Below, piece after piece: positions 10,765-21,677 of a stretch of DNA of 64,000 nucleotides. The notes under the pieces were generated by a model that was not told where the DNA came from, searched no databases, and worked only from the letters and a program-made list of their open reading frames with translations. The stretch is from NCBI GenBank assembly GCA_965140585.1, contig OZ223269.1, positions 1,216,001 to 1,280,000 on the forward strand. The letters are read 5' to 3'. Made by a program: the position numbers and the translations under genes. The stretch comes from Spirochaetia bacterium. Lineage in GTDB: Bacteria; Spirochaetota; Spirochaetia; UBA9216. Numbering within the stretch: the stretch's first letter is position 1; the number at the start of each line of letters is the position of its first letter.

Positions 10765-12672
10765 TTAATTGTCTATATAATCTTTCAGCCGTCTGCTTCT
10801 TTTCGGGTGTCGCAACCTTCTTAAAGCTTTGGCTTCAATCTGTCTAATTCTTTCTCTTGTAACATTAAAATAGAGACCGACTTCTTCAAGAGTCAGCGAA
10901 TATCCGTCTTCAAGTCCAAACCGCATTTTAAGAACCTCCTGCTCTCGCGGCGGAAGTGTGCAGAGTACATCCTGCAGCTGTTCCTGAAGAAGTTTAAATG
11001 CAGTCTGATTTGCCGGGTTCTCTACGTCTTTATCCTCAATGAAATCACCAAGAAGCGAATCTTCTTCTTCTCCTATCGGAGTTTCCAGAGAAATAGGTTC
11101 GCGGGCAACATTTTTTACTGATTTTACCCTAAGGACGGACCAGCCCAGTCTGTCTGCGATTTCCTCATCAGTCGGTTCCCGCCCAAGCAGCTGCATAAGC
11201 TGTCTTGATTCTCTAACGACCTTGTTTATCTGCTCAATCATATGAACAGGAACACGGATTGTTCTTGCCTGATCGGAAATAGATCTTGTAATAGCCTGTC
11301 TAATCCACCATGTAGCATAGGTGGAAAATTTATATCCCTTGCGGTATTCAAATTTCTCAACAGCCTTGATAAGTCCGATATTTCCTTCCTGAACAAGATC
11401 AAAGAAATGAAGTCCGCGGTTAGTGTATTTTTTTGCAATACTGACAACAAGTCTAAGGTTAGCCTGAATTAGGCGATCCTTGGCTTTTTTCATCATACTT
11501 TTTCCGCGTTCTATCTCTTCGGAACGTTCAATGATTCGATCTATATTTTCTTCAAATTCGATCTCAATCTGACTGAGTTTTTTCTCCGCAACCTGAACCT
11601 GTCTGATCTTTTCTTTAATCTCCTCAGAGTTCATACAAAGATCTTCTTCAATTTCGCGTCGTTTTTCAGTTTGAGCTAGGCCTCTTCCGAGCGTACGTAG
11701 TTCACGCATACTGTTTACACGAAGTCTTCGCTCAATCTTCTGCTGTTTTTTCCGGTATTTAGTGATTTTTTCAGCTGCTATAGTAAAACGATCTGAAAAA
11801 TACAGAATTTCTTCCTGGTGGATATCAATAGCCTGTATTTTTTTAAGCATAGTCTTACGCTTCTTTAAAAGCTGCTCATCAACTATAATATCTCCACCCT
11901 TTTCAACTATATCTTCTTTCATTTCCATATAGCCTTTAAGCTGCGGTCGAATCTCTTTCAGATTTTCCCGGTAGAACTGAGTAAGTCTTCTTCTTTCTGC
12001 TAGAAATTCCGAAATTTCCTTTTTGGTAAGATCAAGCTCTCTCGGATCAACCTTGGAATACGTTTTAAGCATCAAATTGTAGAATTCGGGAATAATCATT
12101 CCTGAATTTTTAATCACGACCTTGATTATATTTTCACCTTCTTCCATCTGTTTGGAAAGTTCAACTTCCTGTTCAGCCGTAAGAAGATTTTCTTTGCCTA
12201 TTTCACGAAGATACAGTCTGATTGGATCATCGATTGAAGAATCTTTATCGCTGTAAACAATTCTCTTTTTACCTGAGCCCTGTTCATCCTCGTCATCTTC
12301 TTCATCGTTGTCTTCGCTGTCTTCATCGTCTTCTTCATCAAGGTCTTCTTCGTCGTCAACATCATCGTCACCGTCTACAAGATCTTCATCATCAGGTTCA
12401 TCTTCCGGAAGTTCCTCATCAGCAATGTCTTCTTCTTCATCAAACATTTCATCGATTTCTTCCGGCGCTTCATCTGATGACGGCGGTACTGCTGAATCAT
12501 CTACAATCGAGACCTTATTCTTTTCAAGCAAAGTCATTACTTCTTCTATTTTCTCAGAATTGACAATATTCTCCGGAAGGAGATCATTTATCTCATCATA
12601 AGTGATAGTTTTCTTGTTCTTTGCGTATTCAATTAATTTTTCTACAGCAGGTTCGGTCTGCAATTCTGACAT
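10765..12672 (-). CDS. rpoD: RNA polymerase primary sigma factor RpoD
   Basis: [51 protein letters not shown]. Confidence 0.98.
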   Translation of the reverse strand: MSELQTEPAVEKLIEYAKNKKTITYDEINDLLPENIVNSEKIEEVMTLLEKNKVSIVDDSAVPPSSDEAPEEIDEMFDEEEDIADEELPEDEPDDEDLVDGDDDVDDEEDLDEEDDEDSEDNDEEDDEDEQGSGKKRIVYSDKDSSIDDPIRLYLREIGKENLLTAEQEVELSKQMEEGENIIKVVIKNSGMIIPEFYNLMLKTYSKVDPRELDLTKKEISEFLAERRRLTQFYRENLKEIRPQLKGYMEMKEDIVEKGGDIIVDEQLLKKRKTMLKKIQAIDIHQEEILYFSDRFTIAAEKITKYRKKQQKIERRLRVNSMRELRTLGRGLAQTEKRREIEEDLCMNSEEIKEKIRQVQVAEKKLSQIEIEFEENIDRIIERSEEIERGKSMMKKAKDRLIQANLRLVVSIAKKYTNRGLHFFDLVQEGNIGLIKAVEKFEYRKGYKFSTYATWWIRQAITRSISDQARTIRVPVHMIEQINKVVRESRQLMQLLGREPTDEEIADRLGWSVLRVKSVKNVAREPISLETPIGEEEDSLLGDFIEDKDVENPANQTAFKLLQEQLQDVLCTLPPREQEVLKMRFGLEDGYSLTLEEVGLYFNVTRERIRQIEAKALRRLRHPKRSRRLKDYIDN

Positions 12673-14426
12673 TATATTCCCAACCTCAGTTTTTCAATTT
12701 CACGATCAATAAAGATCTTTTCTGATAGAAGTTTAACTTCGTCCTCTTCATTATTTTCCTTAGACAGCTTTTTTAATTTTAGTACAATTTCTTCCTTTTT
12801 CCTCAAAAGACTTTTATTTTTTATCTTTTTTACAGTATCTTTAATAATTTCTTCAGAATTGATACTGTATTCTCCGGAAGTAAGCTTCTGTGTAAGCAGA
12901 GAAACAACTTCACGGTCTTCTATTCTATCGAATAAGTCTTCCAAACCATTCAGATTTTTCCGGTAACATTCTTCCAATGCTATATAGATACCTCTTGCAT
13001 TGCCGTCCAACAGGTCCTCGGTGTCTATCCTTTTACGTACATAAGGATACTGCTCCCTGTTAGAAGCCAGTGCAATCATCAGAAACATTTCTGCTGAGAT
13101 TTCTGTTCTCTTATTCGTTGTTTTAGTTTCGTGCTGCGAAACCTTACCAGGATTCCGCCCCCTTTTTGTGACATCCGTTGAGACAGAGTAAAAATCAACA
13201 CCAAGCCTGTCAGCTATCTCTGTCATACAGCTGTTTTTACGTACTTCTGATGACAGGCTGTTCAGATATTCTTCGAGCCTATTAATTACAGCTTCTTTAC
13301 CTTCAGGTGTTGAAATATCTGATTCTTCTGCTGCGTTATCAAGAATATAGTCAAAGCTATTTATATTAGATTTTAAGACTTTTTGCAATGCCTTTTCACC
13401 TTCATTTAACAGTATATCGGCAGGATCAGCTTTTTCCGGTAGTATGATAACTTCTGAAAGCAGATTATTTTTTTCACAGGTTATAATAGCCTTTTGTGTT
13501 GCTTTTTTTCCCGCTGAATCTCCGTCAAAACAGATTAATATCTTATCAGCATATCTTTTTAAAACATTAGCCTGATTATCCGTATATGCAGTACCCAGGG
13601 GGGCAACTGCATTAGAGACTCCAGCCTGATGCATGGCTATTACATCAAGTTGACCTTCACATAGAACTGCATTTTTATTCTCTCTAATCGTTTTTATCGC
13701 GTGACTCAAACCATAAAGATTACTTTTTTTCAGGAAGATCTCAGTCTCCGGTGAATTGATATATTTAGGACCATTGTCTTCAAGAGTTCTTCCGCTGAAT
13801 GCGATAACATCTCCAATATTATTGGTAATCGGAAACATAATCCTTGCAGAAAACAACGGATAATATATACCGCGTGATGAAAAAATTCCGCTTTCTTCAA
13901 GGAAGTCTTTTGAATATCCTTTTTCTGTCAGGAACTTCCTCAGCCAGCTTCGATCAACCGGAGCCCACCCAATCTGAAACTTTTCAACAACATCATCAGT
14001 CAGGCCCCTCAGCTTCAGGTAGGCTCTGGCTACTTCAGCTTCACCGGATGTTTTCAGAATATAATGAAACGAGCCTGCAACCCGTCGGTACAGCTCTTTT
14101 AAAGCTTCACGTTTTTTATTATCGCCGGAGTTTTCGTATCGATCATTGACTTCGACACCTGCTTTCTTTCCAAGAAATTTAAGAGCTTCAGGAAATGTCA
14201 TATTTTCCATTTCCATTACAAAATCAAATATAGTCCCGCCCTTATGACAGCCAAAACAGTAAAAAAGATTTCTTTCCGGAGTAACCGAAAATGACGGAGT
14301 CTTCTCATTATGGAAAGGACATAATCCGACATATTTGGTTCCAGCACGTTTAAGAGTGACATACTGCCCTATGAGATCTACTATATTTATTCTGTTACTA
14401 ATTTCTTCTCTGGCGTTACTTTTCAT
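12672..14426 (-). CDS. dnaG: DNA primase
   Basis: [15 protein letters not shown] zinc finger, [20 protein letters not shown]. Confidence 0.97.
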   Translation of the reverse strand: MKSNAREEISNRINIVDLIGQYVTLKRAGTKYVGLCPFHNEKTPSFSVTPERNLFYCFGCHKGGTIFDFVMEMENMTFPEALKFLGKKAGVEVNDRYENSGDNKKREALKELYRRVAGSFHYILKTSGEAEVARAYLKLRGLTDDVVEKFQIGWAPVDRSWLRKFLTEKGYSKDFLEESGIFSSRGIYYPLFSARIMFPITNNIGDVIAFSGRTLEDNGPKYINSPETEIFLKKSNLYGLSHAIKTIRENKNAVLCEGQLDVIAMHQAGVSNAVAPLGTAYTDNQANVLKRYADKILICFDGDSAGKKATQKAIITCEKNNLLSEVIILPEKADPADILLNEGEKALQKVLKSNINSFDYILDNAAEESDISTPEGKEAVINRLEEYLNSLSSEVRKNSCMTEIADRLGVDFYSVSTDVTKRGRNPGKVSQHETKTTNKRTEISAEMFLMIALASNREQYPYVRKRIDTEDLLDGNARGIYIALEECYRKNLNGLEDLFDRIEDREVVSLLTQKLTSGEYSINSEEIIKDTVKKIKNKSLLRKKEEIVLKLKKLSKENNEEDEVKLLSEKIFIDREIEKLRLGI

Positions 14427-15412
14427 TTTCCCTTTATATAAAGTTCATAAGATCTGTTGTGCTCGTCAAGTGTTTTTGAAAATACATGTTTTCCTGCCTG
14501 AGGATCTTCGAGAAGAAAATATAGATAATCGGTATGTTCAGGGTTAAAAGCAGCATTCAATGCAGTTTTTCCAGGATTGCAGATGGGCCCCGGCGGCAGT
14601 CCGCGGTTTATATAAGTATTAAAAGGGCTCTCAATGTCGAGATCCTGATAGTATATTTTCTCAGGATGGGGTTTTCCCTGAATTTCTGTAATTACATAGA
14701 CAACAGTTGCACATGAACCGAGGTACATATTTTTTTCAATGCGATTATAAAAAACAGAGGCTATATAAGGGGCTTCTTCGGCTCTTCTGTATTCTCTTTC
14801 AACAATTGAAGCCACTATTATTTTTTGATAAAGTTCTTCCTCACTGTAATCACCGTATGAAGGATATATTCCTTCAAGAACTGAAAAAAAAGATTCTTTC
14901 ATATAATCGGCCGCTTTTTCTGCCGGGTATTCTTTCGGAAAATAATAAGTATCAGGATATAAAAATCCTTCTAAATTATTCTCTTTCACATAATTAATGA
15001 ATTCTGATGATTCACAAATTCCATTTTTCTCAAGTATCTCAGCAATCGCCGTTGAAGTTAATCCTTCTGTAATAGTCACTTTGAACAACTCTTGCTCACC
15101 TTTTACAAGCAGATTAACTATCTCGGCAGTTGTTTTACCTTTCTCAATACTGTACAGCCCTGTTTTAATCATTCCGGAGGTATGGTTAAACCTTGAATAC
15201 AGCCTGAAAAAATCAGAACTCCTGATTAAGCCCTGATTAACAAGGTTGACAGCTATATCACCGGCCGAGTCACCTTTATTAACCTTAAAAACAGTCTGTT
15301 CCGGCATACCTTCCGGCGGAGAGTTCAGGTTACTGATAAAGATGCCGCCGGCCAAAGCAGCCAGCAGCATTATTCCTGCGAGAAAAAATAAAACTTTAAA
15401 AACAGCTTTCAT
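14423..15412 (-). CDS. mltG: Endolytic transglycosylase MltG
   Basis: LEGFLYPDTY, ASIVERE, SPFNTY..GLPPGPICNPG. Confidence 0.95.
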   Translation of the reverse strand: MKAVFKVLFFLAGIMLLAALAGGIFISNLNSPPEGMPEQTVFKVNKGDSAGDIAVNLVNQGLIRSSDFFRLYSRFNHTSGMIKTGLYSIEKGKTTAEIVNLLVKGEQELFKVTITEGLTSTAIAEILEKNGICESSEFINYVKENNLEGFLYPDTYYFPKEYPAEKAADYMKESFFSVLEGIYPSYGDYSEEELYQKIIVASIVEREYRRAEEAPYIASVFYNRIEKNMYLGSCATVVYVITEIQGKPHPEKIYYQDLDIESPFNTYINRGLPPGPICNPGKTALNAAFNPEHTDYLYFLLEDPQAGKHVFSKTLDEHNRSYELYIKGK

Positions 15413-15422
15413 TGTGCTCCTG

Positions 15423-18400
15423 TTATTTTATTAGTATAAATTCAACCCTTCTGTTCTTCCATCTGTTATCCAAATCACTGTGCGGAACAATGGGGCTGCT
15501 TCCGCCTATACCGACAGTTGACATCCTCAGGCTGCTGATACCGAGTTTAGAAAGATAGTTCTTAACAGTTTCAGCTCTTGCCTTGGAGAGAGGCAGCAAT
15601 TCTTCCTCCTGCTCCTTTTTTGCCCTGGCGGAATCAGACCACCAGACACTTACTGCATGGCCTTCTATCATTATTTTATAGCTTTCATATTTTTTAAGAA
15701 TTTCAGAAAGACGGCCAAGTACATATTCATTTTTAGCCTTTATTTCAGCATCTGTTGTAAGAAGCTCCGGACTGTCCGGCGCAAATGTAATATTTGCAAT
15801 TCTAATCTTTAATTTATCACCTTCTCTTACTACCAGAACGTCAATAGGTATAATTCCATAACTCTCATTTGAATTACCGAACTCATCTGTAACTTTAAGT
15901 CTGTACGGATAATCCTCTGCAGCACCTACCAGTTCACCTGTAGAACTCAGCCCGTCCCAGATTATTCTGTCTGAAGGCTGTCCCTTTCCGGAAAAACTTG
16001 TAAAAGCATTTCCTTCACGGTCGACAATGTCCAGAGACCAGGAATCAATAGCGCTCATATCACTCACTGCAAGACTGATTGTAAGTTCATCATCTATTCC
16101 GTCATTATCAGGAGAGAAAGGCTGTGGAGTCATCGCAACTGTAACTTTAGGAGCTGTGATGTCCGAGCTGAATTCCTTTGTAAGTGATTCAGGAAGATTG
16201 CCCTTTTTAAACTCAACACGGTATCTGGCCTTAAAAACGCCTTCAACAACTTTTCCGCTGTCATCAGTACCATCCCAGATAATTTTTTCAGGCAGCACAG
16301 TTCCTTCAAATGTTTTTACAGGGCTGACTCCATTTTTAAGTATTTCAAAACTCCACTTTGCAACACCCTCTTTCAAAGTTGTCAATGTGCTGAACTCAAT
16401 TCTGTCATTTCTGCTGTCATTATTCGGAGTGAATCCGCTGCTCTCGGCAGTTGCAAAAACATTAACCTGACGTGTGTCTATTACAATAGCCGGCAATGTC
16501 TTTTCAGTTTTGTTGCCGGCTGTGTCAACTGCAACGATCGAGTAGATATATGAGCCATCTGCAACCTTGTTACCTTGATTATCAGTACCATCCCATGTAA
16601 ATGATTCAGCAGACCCCTTCCAAAGATATTCTTTTACCGTGTTTCCATTCTTATCTTTAATAACTCCGGTAAATAAATTCTCAGTACTTGTTTTCTGACT
16701 TACTGTTATAGAGTCCTTCCTGTTATCGGAATCCGGAGAAAACAGAAGGTATTCTGCATTTATATCAATTGCCGGATAGACAGTGTCAATAACAAACTCT
16801 CTTGAAACTGCCTTTGAGATATCACCTTTTTCATATACAACCTCAAGCTCAGCCTGATATGTGCCGTCAACAGCTTTTCGTCCGTCATCGGTGAATCCAT
16901 CCCAGGTAAACTCCTTTTTAAGAGCACCCCGGCCCGTTATCTTTTTGATAGCTTTTCCGCTGCTGTCCTTAACATTTATGGTATATGACTGTATTCCGGC
17001 GGTTACATTGAGTACCGGACTGAATGTTATAATATCTTTTGTACCGTCACCGTCCGGTGAAAAAGCTTCTGTTCCTGCGGTAATTATTACCGGGGTGGCT
17101 TCAGTATCAAGCGAAAGTTTCAATTCCGTTGAATTACCGGTATTTCCGGCGCGATCCGAGGTATAAAGTCTGTAGCTGTAGTCGCCGTCTGCTGCAAGTT
17201 TACCATCATCGGTATATCCCAGCCACTCTATTGACTGATCTGCATTGCTGACCCATTTATAAGATTTTACGACTGCGCCTTCACCGTCGGTAATCTGACC
17301 ATACCAGACATCTTCTGTTGACGTCTCCTGATATATTACAACTGAATCCTTTTTTCCGTCTCCGTTGGGGCTGAAAATCTTAAGTGAAGCACTGGTTGAA
17401 GCCCTTGGAGCAGTCTTATCCACGGTAATCTGAGGAGAGTCTGTTACCGGCCGGTTTCCGTTTATATAAATAATCTGAAGAGTGGCTTTATATAATCCCT
17501 CGTCAAGATATTGACCTGAATCATTTTTTCCGTCAAAACTCACAATCGCGGGAACTTCAGATGCGCCTGAAAAAGTTCTGACAACAAGCCCGTTATTATT
17601 TCTTACCGTAAGTCTCCATTCAGTTATACCTGTTTTCACTGGAATTTCAGGCTGAAATACCAGTGTTTCTTTAGAACCGCTGATTCCGGGGGCAATATAT
17701 GCATTATCGAGGCTTAAAGAAATAGGTGTAGACTGGGTATTTATTATAATATTTGAAAGTTCACCTTCAGTTGAATTACCGGCTCGGTCAGTACTTGAAA
17801 TGTAATAGAAATATACGCCATCCGGAAGAAGAAGTTTTTTATCATCTTTACCATCCCAGCTGAATGTTTCAGGGCTCTGTTTCTGCCAGACAAAGTTCTT
17901 CATAACCTTTCCGGATGTGTTCTTAATAACAGCATTCCAGCTGTCTTCTCCGGATCCTGACTGAGTAATTTCAAGTTCATCCTTGTTACCGTCGTTATTT
18001 GGGCTGAAAATTTTATTATCAGAGTTGATGTCTCCGATTGCTAATTCCGGTGCAGTATTATCAACAACGATTGCATATTTGGAAGTAGTTGAAATATTAT
18101 TATTATCATCCCAGGCCTGCATATAAAAAATATAAACACCGTCATCAACTACAGAACCGTTGTTATTCATTCCGTCCCATCGGATACTATCCGGAATATC
18201 AACTCCTTTTTCAACATAAAAAAGCCTTAAAAAGAAATTTGCGATTCCGGAGGTATTTTCAGGACGTTTTTCCTTGTTTTCAATACGTTTAACTTCATTG
18301 CCTTTCTCATCTTCTATTATGAAGGCAAATCCCTTTATATACCTTGAATCTGTAATTTTAACCGGAATTGTAATTTCATCCTTGATTCCATCATTATTCG

Positions 18401-19658
18401 GTGAAATATAGGCGATTATTTTTTCATCATCAGGACCGGCATTGATATTTCCTGGATTATCCGATGATTTTTTTACCGATTTGCTTACAGCATCATTGAC
18501 TGCTCTTTTTTCAACAGTTTTTTTTAAAACGGCAGATTTGTCCCTTCCTCCATCATCATACGGAGGAAAAACAAAACTTACATTATCAGAGCTCTGATCA
18601 TCCTGAGTTGCATCCTGATCTTCAACAGCCTCTTCAAAGCCAGAAAGATCAAGTTCGATTGCCGGTGCATCCCTATCAACAACTCCGAGATTCAGCACCG
18701 CACCGGCGCCGACCGACCAGAGATCATTTGCCATAGGTGATGCGGCAACAGTTGTCTGGACATCACTCTGCCCCCAGCCCCGTTCGGCAAGGCTGAGAAA
18801 ATCATCATCCTTATTAAAGTTGGTTGTAAGATCAACATATATACCGAATGCGGGGATAAGCGCCGATGCATCGCCTGCTACGAGCTCACGTACATCCAGT
18901 GCAGCTGTGGTTTTCAGACCTATAAAGTCAAAAAATTTGGCATCAGCACCAAGACTCAGTCTCATATTTATATTGTCAAAATTAAAAAGCGAAGGGATAA
19001 TCAAATCAGAGTTCAAAGCGAGAAATATATTATCTGTATTAACCAGATCAAAGGCTGCGCCTCCGCCGATGGTGAAAGGAGATGATATATCTGTTGTTGC
19101 AAATCCGGAATACCCGAAGTTGTTCAAGGCCGCAGCCCATCGAAAATCCTTCATGAAGGAGATATCGCCTTCATATTTTATAAATCCTATATCTGCGCCA
19201 AGATACCAGCTTTCGCCGGCAGTAAAATCAATACCGATTCCTGCTAAAAGGTCCGGATACAGTTCTTTTGCAAATGAAGCACTTAATCCGCCCTGAAATG
19301 TTCCGGGATTAATTTCAGTCAATGAAGTATTAGTCCCCATAAGAAAACCGTTACCTGTAATTACACCGGCACGTGTCGGGTAAGAAAGCCCCAACCCGAA
19401 GGCACTGCCGTCATATCCGGAATCTGCGGCATCTCCGAACAGTGATGTAAAATTAATTTCAGCGGTGATTCTCTGCTGCAAGGCAGATGCAGCCGGATTG
19501 ATGATATCAGCAGACGGAGATTCCGTAGAGGTATAGCTGCCGCCGGTAAGGGTCAGAGACGGCGATCTTAAAAGATTAGCGGTTTCATTTCCTTCAGCGG
19601 AGATTACTGCTGCGGTTAAAATTGAAATTAAAAAAAACAGAACTTTCTTTTTCATCAT
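15423..19658 (-). CDS. Large exported protein: FadL/PorV-like N-terminal beta-barrel, 8 FlgD-Ig (CHU_C-like) repeats, C-terminal OmpA-like peptidoglycan-binding domain
   Basis: Signal peptide MMKKKVLFF; GGSYT...INPAA motif followed by amphipathic strands; 8 x (F/I)SP-x-DG-KD...WDG...DG-Y units; IEGH...LS--RA--V--YL...NRRVEF at the C-terminus. Confidence 0.82.
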   Translation of the reverse strand: MMKKKVLFFLISILTAAVISAEGNETANLLRSPSLTLTGGSYTSTESPSADIINPAASALQQRITAEINFTSLFGDAADSGYDGSAFGLGLSYPTRAGVITGNGFLMGTNTSLTEINPGTFQGGLSASFAKELYPDLLAGIGIDFTAGESWYLGADIGFIKYEGDISFMKDFRWAAALNNFGYSGFATTDISSPFTIGGGAAFDLVNTDNIFLALNSDLIIPSLFNFDNINMRLSLGADAKFFDFIGLKTTAALDVRELVAGDASALIPAFGIYVDLTTNFNKDDDFLSLAERGWGQSDVQTTVAASPMANDLWSVGAGAVLNLGVVDRDAPAIELDLSGFEEAVEDQDATQDDQSSDNVSFVFPPYDDGGRDKSAVLKKTVEKRAVNDAVSKSVKKSSDNPGNINAGPDDEKIIAYISPNNDGIKDEITIPVKITDSRYIKGFAFIIEDEKGNEVKRIENKEKRPENTSGIANFFLRLFYVEKGVDIPDSIRWDGMNNNGSVVDDGVYIFYMQAWDDNNNISTTSKYAIVVDNTAPELAIGDINSDNKIFSPNNDGNKDELEITQSGSGEDSWNAVIKNTSGKVMKNFVWQKQSPETFSWDGKDDKKLLLPDGVYFYYISSTDRAGNSTEGELSNIIINTQSTPISLSLDNAYIAPGISGSKETLVFQPEIPVKTGITEWRLTVRNNNGLVVRTFSGASEVPAIVSFDGKNDSGQYLDEGLYKATLQIIYINGNRPVTDSPQITVDKTAPRASTSASLKIFSPNGDGKKDSVVIYQETSTEDVWYGQITDGEGAVVKSYKWVSNADQSIEWLGYTDDGKLAADGDYSYRLYTSDRAGNTGNSTELKLSLDTEATPVIITAGTEAFSPDGDGTKDIITFSPVLNVTAGIQSYTINVKDSSGKAIKKITGRGALKKEFTWDGFTDDGRKAVDGTYQAELEVVYEKGDISKAVSREFVIDTVYPAIDINAEYLLFSPDSDNRKDSITVSQKTSTENLFTGVIKDKNGNTVKEYLWKGSAESFTWDGTDNQGNKVADGSYIYSIVAVDTAGNKTEKTLPAIVIDTRQVNVFATAESSGFTPNNDSRNDRIEFSTLTTLKEGVAKWSFEILKNGVSPVKTFEGTVLPEKIIWDGTDDSGKVVEGVFKARYRVEFKKGNLPESLTKEFSSDITAPKVTVAMTPQPFSPDNDGIDDELTISLAVSDMSAIDSWSLDIVDREGNAFTSFSGKGQPSDRIIWDGLSSTGELVGAAEDYPYRLKVTDEFGNSNESYGIIPIDVLVVREGDKLKIRIANITFAPDSPELLTTDAEIKAKNEYVLGRLSEILKKYESYKIMIEGHAVSVWWSDSARAKKEQEEELLPLSKARAETVKNYLSKLGISSLRMSTVGIGGSSPIVPHSDLDNRWKNRRVEFILIK
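15831..18410 (-). repeat. Eight tandem ~105-aa FlgD-Ig-like protein repeats with alternating A/B subtypes
   Basis: Units begin YISPNNDG, IFSPNNDG, YIAPGISG, IFSPNGDG, AFSPDGDG, LFSPDSDN, GFTPNNDS, PFSPDNDG. Confidence 0.85.
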
Positions 19659-19688
19659 GTCCTTCCTTAAGGGTATCAAAGGAATTTA

Positions 19689-19883
19689 TCATTTTTTGAT
19701 TAAAAAATCAGAATTATTCTCATAAAGACTTTTAATGTTTTCCATTTCTTCTATAGAAAGAATGTCGTAAAGATATGTTTCGATGTCGTCATGAAGATCC
19801 TGCATATTTTTATCAAGCAGGTTTTCATGTTCCTTTAGAAAGAGATAAAGACCGGCGATTTTATGTCCTTCAACAGTAATCAA
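19689..19883 (-). CDS. Small hypothetical protein (64 aa)
   Basis: Fills the gap in an operon; TTG start overlaps the upstream stop; plausible helical sequence. Confidence 0.65.
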   Translation of the reverse strand: MITVEGHKIAGLYLFLKEHENLLDKNMQDLHDDIETYLYDILSIEEMENIKSLYENNSDFLIKK

Positions 19884-20830
19884 AGCTCAAACTCCAATTC
19901 TTCTTTGGCTAGAAAGATCTCCAGATCGCTGTTTTCTATATGCTTTTCATACCATTTCGCTGAATTGAGTATTTTATATATCTTTTTATCTTCATATTTT
20001 GGTTCATGATGAAAAAGCACCAGTTTGGGAACCTTCCATTCTGCGGCGAAGTCTACAGCAAGACTGTAGGATGAATGCCCCCAGTCATATTTTTCTATGG
20101 CTTCACCGAGTGTATACTGTGAATCAACTACAATTAAATCAGTATCCTTGTAAAATCTGATATTCTCTTCAGTTTTTTCAAAATCACGCTCTGTAAGCTC
20201 TGTATCAGTAGAGAAAATAAAAGTTTTACCGCCTTCCTCTATTCTATAAGAAAAACAGCCCCCAGGATGCTTAACCCTGCGCCAGGAAATCTCAGTAGGA
20301 CCTACTTTAATCGTATTTTCTTCCATATGGTGAAAATGCATTTCTGCAGCAAAATCATCCATGGTGACCGGAAAATAAGGATATTTCATCTGCTCTCTGA
20401 GATGTTTTTCAAGATCTTTAATTGGACTGTAGAAATGAAGTTTATATCCTTTTATATAAGCGGGGTCAAAAAACGGCAGTCCCTGAATATGATCCCAGTG
20501 AAAGTGAGTAAAAAATATATGAAGTTCTTTCACTTTATCATGTTTTTTAAGAATATCGATCCCCAGTTCTCTTATACCTGAACCTGCGTCAATAATGATA
20601 AGATTTCCGCTGTCGGGTCGAACCTCGATACATGTAGTATTTCCGCCGATTGTTTCAAGCAGATATGGAGGAACACTTGCAAGGAATGCATCCCGGCTTT
20701 CCTGAGAGACAAGATCTGACGGCTGAATTCTCTGTACAATAGCAGCAATCTTACTCTGCAGCTGAGAAGGTTTTACAGGCGTCGGTACAGAACCTCTGAC
20801 ACCCCAGAATTTTATTTTCATCGACACCAC
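19880..20830 (-). CDS. MBL-fold metallo-hydrolase (phosphodiesterase-like)
   Basis: FWGVRGS, GGNTTC, DAGSG, THFHWDHIQG, WGHS, LFHHEP. Confidence 0.9.
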   Translation of the reverse strand: MVSMKIKFWGVRGSVPTPVKPSQLQSKIAAIVQRIQPSDLVSQESRDAFLASVPPYLLETIGGNTTCIEVRPDSGNLIIIDAGSGIRELGIDILKKHDKVKELHIFFTHFHWDHIQGLPFFDPAYIKGYKLHFYSPIKDLEKHLREQMKYPYFPVTMDDFAAEMHFHHMEENTIKVGPTEISWRRVKHPGGCFSYRIEEGGKTFIFSTDTELTERDFEKTEENIRFYKDTDLIVVDSQYTLGEAIEKYDWGHSSYSLAVDFAAEWKVPKLVLFHHEPKYEDKKIYKILNSAKWYEKHIENSDLEIFLAKEELEFEL

Positions 20831-20840
20831 CCGGTCCGAA

Positions 20841-21281
20841 TTAAACTGTTAACAGTTTTTCATTCTGTCTCTGATTAACTCTGTCTTCAATTTCTTCATA
20901 AGAAACAACAGAGCCTTTATCAATGCCAGGACAGCTTTTTCCAAGCTCTTTCCATTCATCGACACTTCCGAGAAAACTGCTCCAGAACGGAAAGGTCCGG
21001 CACTGGACAGGTCTTATCCCGTAGACAGAACATCCATCATTTTCCCAGAAAATACAGTCATAATTCTTCTTCTCATTTAAACTTATTCGTTTTGTAACGC
21101 CTAAATCTATTACTCTGCAGTATTTTTCAAGGAAATCCTTTTCAGACAATTTAAAATGGGCTGACATATTTTCGAGGTCATTTTTCGAAATAAAGACATA
21201 CCCGGGATCAAACCTGCAGCATGCAGAACATCTCTGACATTCAAATCTAAGTCCGTCTTTATAGAAAATATCCTCAGTCAT
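20841..21281 (-). CDS. YkgJ family cysteine-cluster protein
   Basis: F-CQRCSACC, CIF...CSVY..RPVQCRTFPFW, CPGI. The true start is MTEDIFY at 21281; the longer ORF runs through a tRNA. Confidence 0.88.
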   Translation of the reverse strand: MTEDIFYKDGLRFECQRCSACCRFDPGYVFISKNDLENMSAHFKLSEKDFLEKYCRVIDLGVTKRISLNEKKNYDCIFWENDGCSVYGIRPVQCRTFPFWSSFLGSVDEWKELGKSCPGIDKGSVVSYEEIEDRVNQRQNEKLLTV

Positions 21282-21329
21282 ATCCCTTCCAGTATCATTA
21301 TAAGCTACAAATAAAAACAAAAAAAGTCT

Positions 21330-21368
21330 AAAAAAAAAGCCTTTTCCCTGATTCAAGGAAAAGGCTTT
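21330..21368 (-). terminator. Rho-independent terminator after tRNA-Tyr
   Basis: AAAGCCTTTTCC...GGAAAAGGCTTT hairpin followed by a T-run on the minus strand. Confidence 0.8.
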
Positions 21369-21449
21369 GGGGAGAGAAGGATTCGAACCTTCGAAGGCTG
21401 AGCCAACAGATTTACAGTCTGCCCCCTTTGGCCACTCGGGAACCTCCCC
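21368..21449 (-). tRNA. tRNA-Tyr (GTA), CCA not encoded
   Basis: GGGGAGGTTCCCGAGTGGCCAAAGGGGGCAGACTGTAAATCTG...GGTTCGAATCCTTCTCTCCCCA; long variable arm. Confidence 0.97.
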
Positions 21450-21624
21450 GTAGAATAAAGTCAGCTGCCAGGCACTGGATGAATTAACCATGACTTTACT
21501 CACCAACTTTGTACTATAAATCATTTTTTTTGACAAGCCTTTCTGGCTAAATTCCCAATATATTTCAGACAATTTCTATTCTAAGGCATATATAAAAACG
21601 ACCAATTTATTAATACTTAAAATG

Positions 21625-21653
21625 TTGACAAAAAAGTAAAAAACATGTAAGTT
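21625..21653 (+). promoter_or_regulatory. Putative sigma70 promoter of tRNA-Thr
   Basis: TTGACA-N17-TAAGTT. Confidence 0.65.
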
Positions 21654-21677
21654 ACCACCACAGTTAAGGACTGTTAA

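Noticed and set aside
12222-12601. Poly-Ser and His/Leu-rich plus-strand ORFs and apparent TCA/TCT repeats
   Set aside because: Antisense of the acidic linker of RpoD; not a separate gene or repeat array.
21282-21572. N-terminal extension of the 243-aa ORF 20841..21572
   Set aside because: It runs through tRNA-Tyr and its terminator; the YkgJ domain starts at ATG 21281.
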